Origin: Selaginella moellendorffii
Taxonomy: Eukaryota; Plantae; Lycopodiophyta
Reading direction: 5' to 3'
Assembly: GCF_000143415.4 (NCBI RefSeq)
Contig: NW_003314270.1
Coordinates: forward strand, 1,286,806 to 1,350,805
Length of the DNA stretch: 64,000 nucleotides
Each line of letters opens with the position of its first letter. Positions within the stretch are counted from its first letter, which is position 1. The notes beneath the pieces were generated by a model. That model was not told the DNA's origin and searched no databases. It saw only the letters and a list, made by a program, of their open reading frames with translations. The translations under genes were made by a program, and so were the position numbers. Shown in pieces: positions 62,912 through 64,000 of this stretch.

Positions 62912-63071
62912 AAAATATTATGGTCAGAGATTTGTACAGGGGGTGACAGGATAAAACAGGGATGGGAGTGATGACAACGCAGAGGCTTGACTCCCACGAG
63001 GATCTCGAGTCGAGCTTCTGGATCGAATATATAAGCGCAGGCAGAAAAGGGGTTACTTAGAGTGTGGAAGT

Positions 63072-63359
63072 ATGAAGGGAGCTTCTGCTCTGGTGGTTTT
63101 GGGAGTGGTGGCTTTTGTGGCTCTGGCTATGGTGGCTTCGTCTTCTCCACTGGGAGCGACTGAGGAAGGCTGTGGTGGCTACAAAGATCTCATCAACAAG
63201 TGCTACCAGATCGAGTTTGATGAGTGCTGCGCCAAGGCCAAGCAGGCGATGGCGGAGAAATGCGTGTGTAGTATCGATGGCGCCCGCGACGTGCTGCTCG
63301 AGGCGTGCGCGTTTGATCCAACAGATGCCAAGAGCTGTCCTGCTTTAGCAGCTTTTTAA
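63072..63359 (+). CDS. Small secreted 8-cysteine (nsLTP/prolamin-fold-like) protein
   Basis: Signal peptide; C-x9-C-x7-CC-x10-CxC-x12-C-x9-C; TATATAA ~45 nt upstream. Confidence 0.78.
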   Translation: MKGASALVVLGVVAFVALAMVASSSPLGATEEGCGGYKDLINKCYQIEFDECCAKAKQAMAEKCVCSIDGARDVLLEACAFDPTDAKSCPALAAF

Positions 63360-64000
63360 TTAATCTACGAAACATTGTTGTTGGTTTAAGTGAGCAGAGA
63401 CTAATCCTTGCGTAAAAATCATAACAATAAATATTAAGAAACAGTGATAAATTTGAATAACCATTTACTATGAAGAACCTTAAGTTGATTTTTTATAACT
63501 TTTAACTTTTATGATAATAATATCTTAATATATGTTTATTACTACTAAATTTACAATTCTGTTGCCGGCATTAGTTATATCATGTTAGAATCATTTGCAT
63601 TCAATTTATATATATTATTATTAATGTTTCTGTGTGTAATTTTTTAACATTAATTTGCTGGAAATTCTTCAACTCAAGCTTGGGAACAAAATTTTTTGCC
63701 GAATGAAATAATTTTATCTTTAATTTTAAAATATACTTGAGTAAGTTTTTCTATTATAGTAAAAAAGAAAATAATCTTTCTTATAAGAAATTTTAAGGAT
63801 TTTTAACTAAATAATTATCCTAAAAAATTATATAAATTACATATAATCATATTTTTATTTAATTGTAGCTAATGTTGGAAAAAATACACAAAATTGTTAT
63901 AAGTATAACTTGATATATTAAAATGCACCGAACAATTCAATTAAAAGGTGGAGTAATGATATGTGCAAATGCCAAGTATTGCATTAAAGAAATTCTTTTT

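Overview
Gene-dense plant nuclear DNA with very short (~50-70 nt) GT-AG introns and tiny intergenic gaps. Gene content (PLS/DYW PPRs, Hsp33, DPY30, intron-containing cpSRP54) points to a seed-free plant, most likely the lycophyte Selaginella (inference, no database check). About 22 protein genes are supported: a CYP71-clan P450, four PLS-class PPRs (two DYW), an RNI-like LRR protein, cpSRP54, MORC, Hsp33, two paralogous TM proteins, a coiled-coil protein, a KCTD-type BTB protein, FYV7-like, an FAD monooxygenase, DPY30-like, UTP18, a purple acid phosphatase, a GIP1/DUF1296 protein, G3BP-like NTF2-RRM, an XBAT3x ankyrin-RING and a small 8-Cys secreted protein. There is also a frameshifted peroxisomal acyl-activating enzyme and one tRNA-Cys(GCA). 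A ~13 kb AT-rich/degenerate island (28.3-41.4 kb) holds a decayed Ty3/gypsy element with a nested solo LTR, frameshifted unknown ORFs and a triplicated ~0.7 kb unit. Most interesting: (1) a UBA-like/RGG/FGSF-motif GIP1 gene directly upstream of a G3BP gene and followed by a polyQ E3 ligase, a possible stress-granule module; (2) local gene copies eroded by many microhomology-bounded deletions (PPR copy, scrambled inverted Hsp33/NOM1 chimera, AAE frameshift); (3) Hsp33 with a reduced Zn site and a standalone DPY30; (4) a tRNA gene probably inside the cpSRP54 3' UTR. Coordinates of spliced genes were read by eye and are approximate.
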